From an uncultured Gemmatimonadales bacterium (lineage in GTDB: Bacteria > Gemmatimonadota > Gemmatimonadetes > Longimicrobiales > RSA9), in NCBI GenBank assembly GCA_963708135.1, contig OY970192.1, positions 1,408,001 through 1,472,000 on the forward strand: a stretch of DNA of 64,000 nt. Reading direction: 5' to 3'. Under the pieces are notes generated by a model. That model searched no databases. It was not told the origin of the DNA and worked only from the letters and a program-made list of their open reading frames with translations. Shown one piece after another: positions 36,932-47,945 of this stretch. The position numbers and the translations under genes are program-made. Position 1 is the stretch's first letter. Every line of letters begins with the position of its first letter.

Positions 36932-37612
36932 ATGCGCCGCCTCGCCACGCTGTACGACTCGACCGTCGGCAAGAAGATCATGATGGCGTCCACGGGCGTC
37001 ATCCTGATCCTGTTCGTGGTCGGCCACATGATCGGGAACCTGCACGTCTACCAGGGGCCGCAGCGCTACAACGAGTACGCCGAGGGCCTGCGCACGTTCG
37101 GCGCTCCGTTCTTCTCGTACGGGCAGACGCTGTGGGTCGTGCGGGTGGTCCTCATCGTCTCGGTGCTGATCCACATCGTCGCCGCGACCCAACTCACGCT
37201 GCGCAGCCGGTCCAGGCGGGATGTCGGCTACAAGAAGTACGACAGCGGCCTCGCCTTCAGCTACGCCTCGCGGACCATGCTCTGGGGCGGCATCATCATC
37301 CTCATGTTCGTGGTCTACCACCTGATGGACCTGACGTGGGGCTGGCTGAACCCGGACTTCGTGCCCGGTGACCCGTACCACAACTTCGTCGCCACGTTCA
37401 GCGTATGGCCGATCGCGCTCTGGTACATCGCGGCGATGATCCCGCTCGGACTGCACCTCTACCACGGCTTCTGGAGCATGCTCCAGACGTTGGGCGCCAA
37501 CAACCCGCGCTACAACGCGTACCGCCGGCCGCTGGCCGCGGTGCTGGCGCTGATCATCGTGATCGGCAACATCTCGTTCCCGATCTCCGTCTTGACCGGA
37601 GTCGTCAGATAG
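36932..37612 (+). CDS. sdhC: Succinate dehydrogenase cytochrome b subunit (five-helix type)
   Basis: GKK..MA.TG, His heme ligands (HMIGN, H, YHL, HL.HG..S..QTLG). Confidence 0.95.
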   Translation: MRRLATLYDSTVGKKIMMASTGVILILFVVGHMIGNLHVYQGPQRYNEYAEGLRTFGAPFFSYGQTLWVVRVVLIVSVLIHIVAATQLTLRSRSRRDVGYKKYDSGLAFSYASRTMLWGGIIILMFVVYHLMDLTWGWLNPDFVPGDPYHNFVATFSVWPIALWYIAAMIPLGLHLYHGFWSMLQTLGANNPRYNAYRRPLAAVLALIIVIGNISFPISVLTGVVR

Positions 37613-37630
37613 CGCGAGGCGAGGCCTGCG

Positions 37631-39544
37631 ATGGAGCTGAACTCGAAGATCCCGGATGGCCCGATCCAGGATAAATGGGCCAATCACCGCTTCGCGATGA
37701 AGCTGGTGAACCCGGCGAACAAGCGGAAGTTCGACGTGATCGTGGTCGGCTCGGGCCTGGCGGGCGCGTCCGCGGCCGCCACCATGGGCGAGCTAGGCTA
37801 CAACGTGCGCTGCTTCTGCTTCCAGGACAGCCCGCGCCGGGCGCACAGCATCGCCGCGCAGGGCGGCATCAACGCGGCGAAGAATTACCAGAACGACGGG
37901 GACAGCATCTACCGTCTGTTCTACGACACCGTGAAGGGCGGCGACTTCCGCTCGCGGGAGGCCAACGTCTACCGGCTGGCGCAGGTCAGCAACAACATCA
38001 TCGACCAGTGCGTGGCGCAGGGCGTCCCCTTCGCCCGCGAGTACGGCGGGCTGCTGGCCAACCGGTCGTTCGGCGGGGCGCAGGTCTCGCGCACCTTCTA
38101 CGCGCGCGGGCAGACGGGACAGCAGCTCCTGCTCGGGGCGTACCAGGCGCTCGAGCGGCAGGTCCGGGCGGGCAAAGTGGAGATGTACTCGCGCCACGAG
38201 ATGCTCGACGTGGTGCTGATCGACGGGCTCGCGCGCGGCATCGTGACGCGCGACCTCGTGACGGGGGCGATCGAGTCCTGGGCCGCCGACGCCGTGGTCC
38301 TCGCCACCGGCGGCTACAGCAACGTCTTCTATCTCAGCACGAACGCGAAGGGCTGCAACGTCACGGCGGCGTGGCGGGCCTACAAGCACGGCGCGGGCTT
38401 CGCCAACCCGTGCTTCACACAGATCCATCCCACGTGCATCCCGCCGCACGGCGCCGGCCAGTCGAAGCTCACGCTGATGAGCGAGTCGCTGCGGAACGAC
38501 GGGCGCGTCTGGGTGCCGAAGCGACCCGACGACAAGCGGCCGCCGAACGAGATCCCCGATCCGGAGCGGGACTACTACCTGGAGCGGATCTACCCGAGCT
38601 TCGGGAACCTGGCACCGCGCGACATCTCGTCCCGCCGCGCCAAGGAGGTAGTGGACGAGGGGCGGGGCGTCGGCCCGAGCGGCGTGGGCGTCTACCTCGA
38701 CTTCCGCGATGCGATCCAGCGGCTCGGGCGGGACGTGGTGGCCGACCGCTACGGCAACCTGTTCGACATGTACGAGAACATCACGGGCGAGAACCCCTAT
38801 CAGGTGCCGATGCGGATCTACCCGGCGCCCCACTACACGATGGGCGGGCTCTGGGTCGACTACAACCTGATGAGCACGATCCCCGGGCTCCACGTGATCG
38901 GCGAAGCCAATTTCTCCGACCACGGCGCGAACCGTCTGGGCGCGAGCGCGCTCATGCAGGGGCTGGCGGACGGCTACTTCGTCCTCCCGCTCACCATCGG
39001 GGACTACCTGGCCAGCACCAAGCCGGCCGCCGTGGCCCCGGACCACGAGGCGTTCAGGGCGGCGGAGGCGGACGTTGCGGACATGACGCGGCGGCTCCTG
39101 GAGGTGAAGGGCTCGCGCACCGTGACGGACTTCCACCGCGAGCTCGGCAAGATCATGTGGGAATACTGCGGCATGGAGCGGAGCGCCGAGGGGTTGACGA
39201 AGGCGCTGGAGCTGATCCCGCAGCTGCGCGAGGAGTTCTGGCGCAATGTCCGCATTCCGGGCCAGGGCGAGGAGCTCAACCAGCAGCTCGAGCACGCCGG
39301 GCGGGTGGCCGACTTCCTCGAGCTCGGCGAGCTCATGTGCTGGGACGCGCTGCAGCGCGATGAGTCGGCCGGCGCCCACTTCCGCGTCGAGCACCAGACC
39401 GCCGAGGGCGAGGCCAGGCGCAACGACGAGGAGTTCGCGTATGCGGCGGTGTGGGAGTTCCGCGGCCCGGGCGAGCGCCCCGCGCTGCACAAGGAGCCGC
39501 TCGAGTTCGAGTACGTCCACTTCTCGCAGCGCAGCTACAAGTAG
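37631..39544 (+). CDS. sdhA: Succinate dehydrogenase/fumarate reductase flavoprotein
   Basis: GSGLAG, RRAHS.AAQGG, QIHPT, HYTMGG, HGANRLG. Confidence 0.98.
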   Translation: MELNSKIPDGPIQDKWANHRFAMKLVNPANKRKFDVIVVGSGLAGASAAATMGELGYNVRCFCFQDSPRRAHSIAAQGGINAAKNYQNDGDSIYRLFYDTVKGGDFRSREANVYRLAQVSNNIIDQCVAQGVPFAREYGGLLANRSFGGAQVSRTFYARGQTGQQLLLGAYQALERQVRAGKVEMYSRHEMLDVVLIDGLARGIVTRDLVTGAIESWAADAVVLATGGYSNVFYLSTNAKGCNVTAAWRAYKHGAGFANPCFTQIHPTCIPPHGAGQSKLTLMSESLRNDGRVWVPKRPDDKRPPNEIPDPERDYYLERIYPSFGNLAPRDISSRRAKEVVDEGRGVGPSGVGVYLDFRDAIQRLGRDVVADRYGNLFDMYENITGENPYQVPMRIYPAPHYTMGGLWVDYNLMSTIPGLHVIGEANFSDHGANRLGASALMQGLADGYFVLPLTIGDYLASTKPAAVAPDHEAFRAAEADVADMTRRLLEVKGSRTVTDFHRELGKIMWEYCGMERSAEGLTKALELIPQLREEFWRNVRIPGQGEELNQQLEHAGRVADFLELGELMCWDALQRDESAGAHFRVEHQTAEGEARRNDEEFAYAAVWEFRGPGERPALHKEPLEFEYVHFSQRSYK

Positions 39545-39612
39545 CTCGCACGCGACGCCGGCTCGAGCGCCGGCCGCGCGGGCGGCCGCCCCAACATCGA
39601 GGATATGGAGTC

Positions 39613-40368
39613 ATGAACCTCACGCTCCACGTATGGCGGCAGGCGGGCGCGAAGGCCCGGGGCCGCTTCGTGACCTACGCCGCCGAGGACATCAGTCCCC
39701 ACATGTCCTTCCTCGAGATGCTCGACCGGCTGAACGAGAGCCTGATCGAGCGCGGCGAGGAGCCGATCGCCTTCGACAGCGACTGCCGCGAGGGCATCTG
39801 CGGCATGTGCGGCTTCATGATCAATGGCGACCCGCACGGGCCGCTCCCCGCCGCCACCGTGTGCCAGCTCCACATGCGCCACTACAAGGACGGCGACGAG
39901 CTGTGGCTCGAGCCCTGGCGCGCGACCGCCTTCCCGGTGGTCCGCGACCTCGTGGTGGACCGCAGCGCCTTCGACCACATCATCCAGGCGGGCGGCTACG
40001 TCTCCATCCGCACCGGCGCGCCGCCGGACGCCAATTCGATCCCGGTACCCAAGCAGAACGCCGACTCGGCCATGGACGCCGCCGCATGCATCGCCTGTGG
40101 CGCCTGCGTGGCGGCCTGTCCGAACGCCTCGGCCATGCTCTTCACCGCGGCCAAGGTCTCCCACCTCGGCCTGATGCCCCAGGGTCAGCCCGAGCGCTAC
40201 GCCCGCGTCATCGACATGGTGCTCGCACAGGACGCGGACTTCGGCCATTGCACCAACCACGGCGCGTGCCAGAACGCCTGCCCCAAGGCGATCAGCGTCG
40301 ACTTCATCGCGCGGCTCAACCGGGACCTGCGGCACGCGCGCTTCCGGCGCGAGACGGAGCTGGGCTAA
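39613..40368 (+). CDS. sdhB: Succinate dehydrogenase iron-sulfur subunit
   Basis: [31 protein letters not shown]. Confidence 0.97.
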   Translation: MNLTLHVWRQAGAKARGRFVTYAAEDISPHMSFLEMLDRLNESLIERGEEPIAFDSDCREGICGMCGFMINGDPHGPLPAATVCQLHMRHYKDGDELWLEPWRATAFPVVRDLVVDRSAFDHIIQAGGYVSIRTGAPPDANSIPVPKQNADSAMDAAACIACGACVAACPNASAMLFTAAKVSHLGLMPQGQPERYARVIDMVLAQDADFGHCTNHGACQNACPKAISVDFIARLNRDLRHARFRRETELG

Positions 40369-40374
40369 GACGAA

Positions 40375-40929
40375 CTACAGCATCGGCGGCGTGACTCCCA
40401 CCTGGTCCTGGTACTTGCCCTTCCGCATGGCGTACGTGATCTCCGGCGCCTCGTCCCCTTGAAAGAACAGGAGCTGGGCCAGCCCCTCGTTCGAATAGAT
40501 CTTGGCGGGGAGCGGCGTCGTGTTGGAGATCTCCAGCGTCAGGTACCCGCGCCACTCCGGCTCGAGCGGGGTGACGTTCACGATGATGCCGCAACGCGCG
40601 TAGGTCGACTTCCCGACGCAGACCACCAGCACATCATTCGGCACGCGGAAAAACTCGAGCGTGCGGGCAAGGGCGAAGGAGCGGGGCGGGATGATGCAGG
40701 AGCTCCCCTTGATGTCCACGAACGAGCGGTTGTCGAACGCCTTCGGATCCACCAGCACGCTGTACACGTCCGTGAACACCTTGTACTCGTCGGCAACCCG
40801 CACGTCGTAGCCGAAGGAGGAGAGTCCGTAGCTGACGACGCCGTCGCGCACCTGGCGGCTCTCGAACGGCTCGATCATCCCATGCTCCTCCGCCATGCGG
40901 CGGATCCAGCGATCGCTCTTGATGGCCAT
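40375..40929 (-). CDS. dcd: dCTP deaminase
   Basis: [35 protein letters not shown]. Confidence 0.98.
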   Translation of the reverse strand: MAIKSDRWIRRMAEEHGMIEPFESRQVRDGVVSYGLSSFGYDVRVADEYKVFTDVYSVLVDPKAFDNRSFVDIKGSSCIIPPRSFALARTLEFFRVPNDVLVVCVGKSTYARCGIIVNVTPLEPEWRGYLTLEISNTTPLPAKIYSNEGLAQLLFFQGDEAPEITYAMRKGKYQDQVGVTPPML

Positions 40930-41020
40930 CTGGTGCGTGCCTCCGCGGCGACTCGATTCGGGTCCGGCTCGGAGGCGCCAAGTTAGGCGCGAGGCGCCCG
41001 GCGGTGCAAGCGACGTCGGC

Positions 41021-41050
41021 TTGACACCCCCCCGGCGCCCGGGGTATACT
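41021..41050 (+). promoter_or_regulatory. Sigma70 promoter of the nuo operon
   Basis: TTGACA-N18-TATACT. Confidence 0.82.
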
Positions 41051-41063
41051 CCCGCGGCCTGAC

Positions 41064-41081
41064 AAGTGAAGGAATTCACAA
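41064..41081 (+). promoter_or_regulatory. Rex-type operator
   Basis: AAGTGAA-GGAA-TTCACAA versus consensus TTGTGAA-N4-TTCACAA (12 of 14 defined positions), just downstream of the nuo -10. Confidence 0.7.
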
Positions 41082-41102
41082 GTCCTGGAGCGGATTTTTC
41101 GC

Positions 41103-41459
41103 ATGACGGAAACGTACGTGCCGGTCCTGATCCTGCTGTGCGTTTCGGTGATCAACGCCGTCGGGATGGTGGTGGCCTCGCACTTCTTGGGGCCGATCCG
41201 GGCGACGCGGGCGAAGCGGATGCCGTACGAGTCGGGGATGGTGCCGCTCGGGAACGCGCGGGAGCGTTTCTCGGTCAAGTTCTACATGGTGGCGATCCTG
41301 TTCATCGTGTTCGACCTGGAGACGGTCTTCCTGATTCCGTGGAGCGTGGCGTTCCGGAGCCTGGGCTGGTTCGGGTTCTGGGAGATGCTGGTGTTCCTGG
41401 GAGTGCTGCTGGTGGGGCTGGTGTACGTATGGAAGAAAGGAGCGCTCCAGTGGGAGTAG
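41103..41459 (+). CDS. nuoA: NADH-quinone oxidoreductase subunit A
   Basis: PYESG, FY.VAILF.VFDLE, three TM helices, KKGAL.WE. Confidence 0.97.
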   Translation: MTETYVPVLILLCVSVINAVGMVVASHFLGPIRATRAKRMPYESGMVPLGNARERFSVKFYMVAILFIVFDLETVFLIPWSVAFRSLGWFGFWEMLVFLGVLLVGLVYVWKKGALQWE

Positions 41460-42133
41460 AGGGGGGGCGCGGAGGTCGGCAGCCGCTGCCGACGGTGGCG
41501 CGCGGCGAGGCGAGCTGGCTGACGACGCGTCTGGACGATCTGGTGAACTGGGCGCGGCGGAGCTCGCTGTGGCCGATGCCGTTCGGCACGGCGTGCTGCG
41601 CGATCGAGATGATGGCGACGGCGGCGTCGAAGTACGACCTGGCGCGCTTCGGCATGGAGCGGATGAGCTTTTCGCCGCGGCAGGCGGACCTTCTGATCTG
41701 CGCGGGGCGGCTGCCGTACAAGATGGCGTCGGTGATCCGCAAGATCTGGGACCAGATGCCGCAGCCGAAGTGGGCGATCTCGATGGGCGCGTGCGCCTCG
41801 TCGGGCGGGGTGTTCGACGCGTACAGCATGGTGCAGGGGATCGACACGATCATCCCGGTGGACATTTACGTTCCGGGTTGCCCGCCGCGTCCGGAGGGGC
41901 TGATCTACGGAATCCTGATGCTGCACGAGAAGATCCGCGGCGAGTCGGTGGTGAACCGTGAGCTGCACGAGCGGCTGCGCTTCGAGGACCCGGAGGCGGC
42001 CGGGAAGCCGAATCTGCCGGCGCGGGTGATCGACGAGCTGGCGCTGCCGTTCGGCAACTCGACGAAGCAGAATCGCGTGAGCGGTCTGGTGTCAACGGGT
42101 GCGCTGTCGCGGCCTTCCGACCGGCAGCCGTAG
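41450..42133 (+). CDS. nuoB: NADH-quinone oxidoreductase subunit B
   Basis: [35 protein letters not shown] start overlapping nuoA. Confidence 0.97.
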   Translation: MGVEGGRGGRQPLPTVARGEASWLTTRLDDLVNWARRSSLWPMPFGTACCAIEMMATAASKYDLARFGMERMSFSPRQADLLICAGRLPYKMASVIRKIWDQMPQPKWAISMGACASSGGVFDAYSMVQGIDTIIPVDIYVPGCPPRPEGLIYGILMLHEKIRGESVVNRELHERLRFEDPEAAGKPNLPARVIDELALPFGNSTKQNRVSGLVSTGALSRPSDRQP

Positions 42134-42141
42134 CGGCAGCG

Positions 42142-44187
42142 ATGGCGGCGGACTTCGGGAAGGGCCTGGAAGGGCTGGAGAGCGGGCCGGCGGCGACGCC
42201 GACGGCCGAGGGGGAGCGGGAGACGATCGGCGCGCCGTCGCATCCCTCGATCGTGGCGCTGCGGGAGCGCTTCGACGGCGCGGTGCTGCACTGGGAGGTG
42301 GTGGCGGGCGACGAGCACGTGGTGTTCGTCGATCCGGAGCGGATCCTGGAGATCGCGGGCTGGCTCAAGGAATCGGCGGACCAGCGCTACCGGTTCCTCA
42401 CGGACGTAACGGCGGTGGACTACGGCGGCGGACGGCCGCTACAGGTGGTCTACCAGCTCTGGTCGCAGGAGCATCGGCGGCAGCTGCGCGTGAAAGCGGA
42501 GCTGCCGCTTTCCGCACTGGAGATCGACTCGCTCGTTCCGCTCTGGAACACCGCCAACTGGCTCGAGCGGGAGGTCTACGACCTGTTCGGCATCCGATTC
42601 CGCGGGCACCCGGATCTCAGGCGGATCATGATGCCGGAGAACTACGCGGAGGGGCACCCGCTGCGGAAGGACTTCCCGCTGCGCGGGCGCTTCAGCCGGG
42701 CGGAGCAGACGCGCCGGGCGCTGGCGCTCGAGGTCGAGGACGTCTACAGCCCCTCGGAGCTGGTCTTCCGTCGGCAGGAGGAGGACGAGCCGCCCGCGAC
42801 GGCGGGGGGCACGGCCGGCAGGGTCGATGTGCCGTCCACGCCGGCGGAGGCGGAGGCGGAGGCGGAGAGCGAGGCATCGGCCGCGCAGAGGGGCGCGGCG
42901 CGGGTCGGCGGCGGCACGCGGACGGTCGAGTACGTGGTCGCCGGCACGCCGCAGATGGGGCCGGACGGGCACCCGCGCGCGGTCCCCCTGGTGAGGGCGG
43001 AGACGGAGAATCCGGACCTGCACGGCGAGCACATGCTCATCAACATCGGACCGCAGCATCCCGCGACACACGGAGTGCTGCGCCTGGTGCTCGAGCTGGA
43101 CGGGGAGACGGTGATCCGGTGCGTGCCGCACATCGGCTACCTGCACTCGAGCTTCGAGAAGCTGGGCGAGTACCGGACGTGGAACCAGATCATCCCGCTA
43201 ACGGACCGCATGGACTACCTGGCGCCGCTGATCTACAACTGCGCCTACGCCATGGCGGTCGAGAAGATGATGGGCGTGACGGTGACGGAGCGCTGCAAGG
43301 TGGTGCGCGTCCTCCTGATGGAGCTGGACCGGATCTTCAGCCATCTGCTCTGGGTGGGCACGACCGCGATCGACATCGGCGCCTTCACGGTGTTCCTGTA
43401 CACGTTCCAGGAGCGCGAGCGGATCTACGACCTGCACGAGGCGCTCACGGGCGCGCGGATCACGACGTCCGCCACGCGCATCGGCGGGATGATGGCCGAC
43501 CTCCCGCCGGGGTGGACGGCGGCGCTCGAGCAGTTCCTGGACACGTTCCCGGCCACGCTCGATGAGGTCGACTCGCTGCTGACGAACAACAACCTGTGGA
43601 TCGGCCGCAACCGGGACGTGGGGGTGATCGGGCCCGAGGACGCCGTGAACTACGGGCTCACCGGACCGAACCTGCGGGCGTCCGGCGTCGCCTACGACGT
43701 GCGCAAGGACCGGCCGTATTACGACTACGAGACGTACGACTTCGACGTGCCGGTGGGCGAGCACGGCGACTGCTACGACCGCTACCTGGTGCGGATGGAG
43801 GAGATGCGGCAGAGCGTGGGGATCCTGCGGCAGGCGCTGGAGCGGCTGCCGGACGGCCCGATCAACGTGGACGACCCGCGCGTGATCCTGCCCGACAAGG
43901 ACGACTGCATGTCCGACATGGAGTCCATGATCCACCACTTCAAGGTGGTCATGGAGGGGGTGCCGGCACCGAAGGGGGAGAGCTGGTTCGGCGTGGAGAG
44001 CTCGAAGGGCGAGCTCGGGATGTACGTCGTGAGCGACGGCGGCTCGAAGCCGGTGCGCTGGCGGGTGCGCGGGCCGAGCTTCATCAACCTCTCGGCGCTG
44101 CCGAAGATGGTCGAGGGCGCGCTGCTCTCGGACGTGATCGCCGTGAACGCGAGCATCGACATCGTGCTCGGGGAGATCGACCGATGA
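42142..44187 (+). CDS. nuoCD: Fused NADH-quinone oxidoreductase subunits C/D
   Basis: NuoC (ERE.YD.FG..F.GHPDL.RI, HPLRKDFPL) and NuoD (NIGPQHPATHGVLRL, GYLH, DR.DY, GEIDR) in one open frame. Confidence 0.95.
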   Translation: MAADFGKGLEGLESGPAATPTAEGERETIGAPSHPSIVALRERFDGAVLHWEVVAGDEHVVFVDPERILEIAGWLKESADQRYRFLTDVTAVDYGGGRPLQVVYQLWSQEHRRQLRVKAELPLSALEIDSLVPLWNTANWLEREVYDLFGIRFRGHPDLRRIMMPENYAEGHPLRKDFPLRGRFSRAEQTRRALALEVEDVYSPSELVFRRQEEDEPPATAGGTAGRVDVPSTPAEAEAEAESEASAAQRGAARVGGGTRTVEYVVAGTPQMGPDGHPRAVPLVRAETENPDLHGEHMLINIGPQHPATHGVLRLVLELDGETVIRCVPHIGYLHSSFEKLGEYRTWNQIIPLTDRMDYLAPLIYNCAYAMAVEKMMGVTVTERCKVVRVLLMELDRIFSHLLWVGTTAIDIGAFTVFLYTFQERERIYDLHEALTGARITTSATRIGGMMADLPPGWTAALEQFLDTFPATLDEVDSLLTNNNLWIGRNRDVGVIGPEDAVNYGLTGPNLRASGVAYDVRKDRPYYDYETYDFDVPVGEHGDCYDRYLVRMEEMRQSVGILRQALERLPDGPINVDDPRVILPDKDDCMSDMESMIHHFKVVMEGVPAPKGESWFGVESSKGELGMYVVSDGGSKPVRWRVRGPSFINLSALPKMVEGALLSDVIAVNASIDIVLGEIDR

Positions 44188-44942
44188 GCGACGGCGCCGG
44201 GGACACGCCCGCCGCGGCGGGGCCGGAGGCGGGGCGGACGCCGCTTCTCGGCGGCAACCCCGGCTGGGCGGGGGAGCGCGGCGACTTCGAGAGCCTCTCG
44301 GAGGCCGAGATCCGGGGCGACAGCTACGTGGGCGAGCGTCCGCGTGCGGGCGCGGAGGCCGGCGGCGCCTGCTCCTATCCGTACCTCGTCCCCGATGGCG
44401 ATCCGGACGCGCCGCTCTTCGAGGGGGCCTACGAGGAGCGGTTCCGGAAGATCCTCTCGCGCTATCCCGACAGACGGGGGGCGCTGCTGCCGACGCTGAA
44501 CCTCGCGCAGGAGCTGCGCGGCTGGCTCTCGCCGGAGAGCATGGCGCGGGTGGCGGAGCTGCTGGAGCTCTCGCCCGCGTACGTGCGCGGCGTCGTGACC
44601 TTCTACACCATGTACAACAAGCGGCCCGTGGGCCGCTACCTGATCCAGGTGTGCACGAACGTGGCGTGCAACCTGTGCGGCGGCGACGCGGTGCTCGAGG
44701 CGTTTCTCGAGGCCACCGGGCTCGAGCCCGGACAGACGGACGAGGAGGGCCGCTACACGGTGATGGAGGTCGAGTGTCTGGGCGCCTGCGGCTTTCCGAC
44801 CGCCGTGCAGATCAACAGCCGTTACTTCGAGAACGTGCGGCCGGAGGACGTACCCGCCCTCCTGGAGGCGCTCGAGGCGGGGGACTCGACCGTACCCGGT
44901 CGGGCTCCGGCCGGTGGCGCCGCGGCGGGGGAGGGGAGGTAG
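44184..44942 (+). CDS. nuoE: NADH-quinone oxidoreductase subunit E
   Basis: TFYTMY, CTNVAC, ECLGAC; ~70-aa N-terminal extension. Confidence 0.95.
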   Translation: MSDGAGDTPAAAGPEAGRTPLLGGNPGWAGERGDFESLSEAEIRGDSYVGERPRAGAEAGGACSYPYLVPDGDPDAPLFEGAYEERFRKILSRYPDRRGALLPTLNLAQELRGWLSPESMARVAELLELSPAYVRGVVTFYTMYNKRPVGRYLIQVCTNVACNLCGGDAVLEAFLEATGLEPGQTDEEGRYTVMEVECLGACGFPTAVQINSRYFENVRPEDVPALLEALEAGDSTVPGRAPAGGAAAGEGR

Positions 44943-44944
44943 CC

Positions 44945-46246
44945 ATGGCGTACCCGTACCGGCACGAGCGCGAGACGCGGGTCCTCTCCGAGTACTTCGG
45001 CGACCCCGAGGCGCGCACCCTCGCCGGCTGGCGCGAGCGGGGCGGCTACGAGGCGCTGCGGAAGGCGCTCGGCATGGAGCGTGGCGCGGTCATCGAGGAG
45101 GTCAAGCAGAGCGGGCTGCGCGGCCGAGGCGGCGCGGGCTTCCCGACAGGCGTGAAGTGGAGCTTCATGCCCAGGGAGCCGAAGGGGCCGCAGTACCTCG
45201 TGATCAACGCGGACGAGTCGGAGCCGGGAGCGTTCAAGGATCGCGAGCTGCTGCGCTGGACGCCGCACCAGCTGGTCGAGGGCGCGCTCATCGGCGCCTA
45301 CGGCATCCAGGCCGCCCACGTCTACATCTACGTGCGCGGCGAGTTCTTCGAGCCCGCCCAGATCGTGGCGCGCGCGATCGAGGAGGCCTACGGCGCCGGG
45401 ATCGCGGGGCGGGACGTCCTGGGTTCGGGCGTCTCGATCGACGTGACGCTGCACGTGGGCGCGGGCGCCTACATCTGCGGCGAGGAGACCGGGCTCATGA
45501 ACTCGCTGGAGGGGCGCCGCGGTCAGCCGCGCATCAAGCCGCCCTTCCCGGCCGCGGTCGGCGCGTTCGGCATGCCGACCACGATCAACAACGTCGAGAC
45601 GCTGTGCGCAGTGCCGCACATCGTGATGAACGGCGCGGCCTGGTACCGCGGCTTCGGCACCGAGAAGAGCCCGGGCACGAAGCTCTACAATGTATCGGGC
45701 CACGTGGTGCGGCGGGGCAACTTCGAGCTGCCGCTGGGATTCCCGCTGAAGGACCTGATCTACGACGTGTGCGGCGGGATCCGGGATGGACGCGAGCTGA
45801 AGGCGGTGATCCCCGGAGGCAGCTCCGTGCCGATCCTGGCCGCGGAGGAGTGCGACATCCCGCTCGACTACGAGAGCGTGGTGAAGGCGGGGAGCATGCT
45901 GGGGACGGCCTCGGTGATCGTGATGGACGATCGCACGTGCATCCTGAAGCAGGTGCGTCGCATGGTGGAGTTCTACGCCCACGAGTCGTGCGGCCAGTGC
46001 ACGCCGTGCCGGGAGGGCACGGAATGGCTGGCCAAGATCCTCCGGCGGATCGAGCGGGGGGAGGGCACGGAGTCGGACCTGGACCAGCTGCTGGACCTGG
46101 GCAGGAACATGACCGGGACGACGATCTGCGTGCTGAGCGACTCGGCGGCGGCGCCGATCGCGAGCTCGATCCAGAAATTCCGGGACGAATACCTCTCCCA
46201 TATCCACGATGGGGTTTGTTCCGCCGCCGCGCCGGCGGCCGTCTGA
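44945..46246 (+). CDS. nuoF: NADH-quinone oxidoreductase subunit F
   Basis: GLRGRGGAGF, NADESEPG, GAGAYICGEET, ESCGQCTPCREG. Confidence 0.98.
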   Translation: MAYPYRHERETRVLSEYFGDPEARTLAGWRERGGYEALRKALGMERGAVIEEVKQSGLRGRGGAGFPTGVKWSFMPREPKGPQYLVINADESEPGAFKDRELLRWTPHQLVEGALIGAYGIQAAHVYIYVRGEFFEPAQIVARAIEEAYGAGIAGRDVLGSGVSIDVTLHVGAGAYICGEETGLMNSLEGRRGQPRIKPPFPAAVGAFGMPTTINNVETLCAVPHIVMNGAAWYRGFGTEKSPGTKLYNVSGHVVRRGNFELPLGFPLKDLIYDVCGGIRDGRELKAVIPGGSSVPILAAEECDIPLDYESVVKAGSMLGTASVIVMDDRTCILKQVRRMVEFYAHESCGQCTPCREGTEWLAKILRRIERGEGTESDLDQLLDLGRNMTGTTICVLSDSAAAPIASSIQKFRDEYLSHIHDGVCSAAAPAAV

Positions 46247-46259
46247 GGTGACAGGATCC

Positions 46260-47945
46260 ATGGCGAACGAGCAGAGCGAAGCGGTCACCTGCACCATCAA
46301 CGGGGTCGAGATCTCGGTCCCGAAGGGGACGCGGATCATCGAGGCGGCCGAGATGGCGGGAATCGGCATCGCCAACTACTGCTACCATCCCGGCCTGTCG
46401 GCGCCGGCGATGTGCCGGATGTGCCTGGTGGAGGTGGAGGGCGCGCCGAAGCTCCAGCCGGCCTGCGTCACGCCCGTGGCGCAGGGGCAGGTGGTCAACA
46501 CCGAGAGCGACCGGGCGCGGGAGGCGCGGGAGGGCAACCTCGAGTTCTACCTGTTGAACCACCCGCTCGACTGCCCGATCTGCGACAAGTCCGGCGAGTG
46601 CAAGCTGCAGGACTTCTCGCACCAGGAGGGGCGCAGGCACGGGCGCAGCAAGGAGGCCAAGCGGGTCCTCAACCAGGACGACTTCGGCGGGCAGGTGCTC
46701 TACGAGGGCGACCGCTGCATCATGTGCACGCGCTGCGTGCGCTTCATGCGCGAGATCGCCGGAAACGACGCCCTGTGCGTGGTGCAGCGAGGTAGCCGCT
46801 CGGTGATCGACACCTTCTTCGACGACGGTCTGGGCGGCGATCTCTGGGCCTCCAACATCATCGACATCTGTCCGGTGGGTGCGCTGCTTTCGAAGGACTT
46901 CCTGCATAAGGCGCGGGTCTGGGACCTGGACAGGGCGCCGTCGATCTGCCCCAATTGCTCGCAGGGCTGCAACATCACCATCCAGTCGCGCGACAACCTG
47001 GCGATGCGGCTGCGGCCGCGCGCGAACCCGGATGTGAACTCGTACTGGATGTGCGACTACGGCCGCTACCGCTATGAGTGGCTGAACATCACCAACAGGC
47101 CGATGACCGCGGCGGCGGCCGAGGCCGTGGGGGGCGGCCTCAACCTGGCCGGCCGGATCGAGCAGCCGCGCATGCGCGACGCGCAGGGACGGCTGCTGGC
47201 GACGACCTGGCAGGAAGCGGTGCTGGCGCTCGTCGAGCGGCTGAAGGACGCGCGCGAGGCGGGCCGCGCCGCCGTCGCCGTCGGCTCCCCGTTCCATGGC
47301 AACGAGGACGCCGGGCTGCTCTCCCGCCTGATCCACGTGCTGGGCAACGGCGAGGCGGTCTACCGCTCGGCCCGAACGGCCGACGAGGTGGCCTGCCCCG
47401 GGTTCCCGCGCCTCGCCCGGCGGCGTGACCTGGCCGCCAACGTGCGCGGGCTCGAGGCGCTCGGATATCGCCGCACCAGCGACGACGCCGCGGCGGGCGG
47501 CCTGGAGGGCCTCGGTCCGGCCGGCAAGGTGCTGCTCGTCCTCGGGGATGCGCTCACGGACCAGGGCGAGGACTTCGGCAGGGACGCCTCGCTGTTCGCT
47601 TACCTTGGCACGGAGTGGACGCCCGCCGCGGCGAACGCGGACTTCGTCCTGCCGGTCACGACCTTCGCCGAGCAGGAGGGCACCTTCACCAATCACGAGG
47701 GCCGGGTGCAGCGCTTCTGGCCGGCCCTGCAGCCGGTCCCGCTGGCACGCCCCGCGTGGCAGGTGCTCGGCGTGGTGCTCGCGGGGCTGGAGGACGGGGC
47801 GGCGCCCGCGAACGCCGGGAGCGCGTTCCTGCGCGTGGCGGAGCTCTACGACGCGTTCGGCGGCCTCAGCTACGCGCAGCTCGGGACGCGTGGCGCGCTC
47901 CTCAATGAGCCGGTGCGGGTGACGGGCGGCGGGGGGGCCTCGTGA
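46260..47945 (+). CDS. nuoG: NADH-quinone oxidoreductase subunit G (short, ~561 aa)
   Basis: CYH...CRMC, NHPLDCPICD..GEC.LQ, CIMCTRC, CPVGAL, CPNCSQGC...C. Confidence 0.95.
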   Translation: MANEQSEAVTCTINGVEISVPKGTRIIEAAEMAGIGIANYCYHPGLSAPAMCRMCLVEVEGAPKLQPACVTPVAQGQVVNTESDRAREAREGNLEFYLLNHPLDCPICDKSGECKLQDFSHQEGRRHGRSKEAKRVLNQDDFGGQVLYEGDRCIMCTRCVRFMREIAGNDALCVVQRGSRSVIDTFFDDGLGGDLWASNIIDICPVGALLSKDFLHKARVWDLDRAPSICPNCSQGCNITIQSRDNLAMRLRPRANPDVNSYWMCDYGRYRYEWLNITNRPMTAAAAEAVGGGLNLAGRIEQPRMRDAQGRLLATTWQEAVLALVERLKDAREAGRAAVAVGSPFHGNEDAGLLSRLIHVLGNGEAVYRSARTADEVACPGFPRLARRRDLAANVRGLEALGYRRTSDDAAAGGLEGLGPAGKVLLVLGDALTDQGEDFGRDASLFAYLGTEWTPAAANADFVLPVTTFAEQEGTFTNHEGRVQRFWPALQPVPLARPAWQVLGVVLAGLEDGAAPANAGSAFLRVAELYDAFGGLSYAQLGTRGALLNEPVRVTGGGGAS

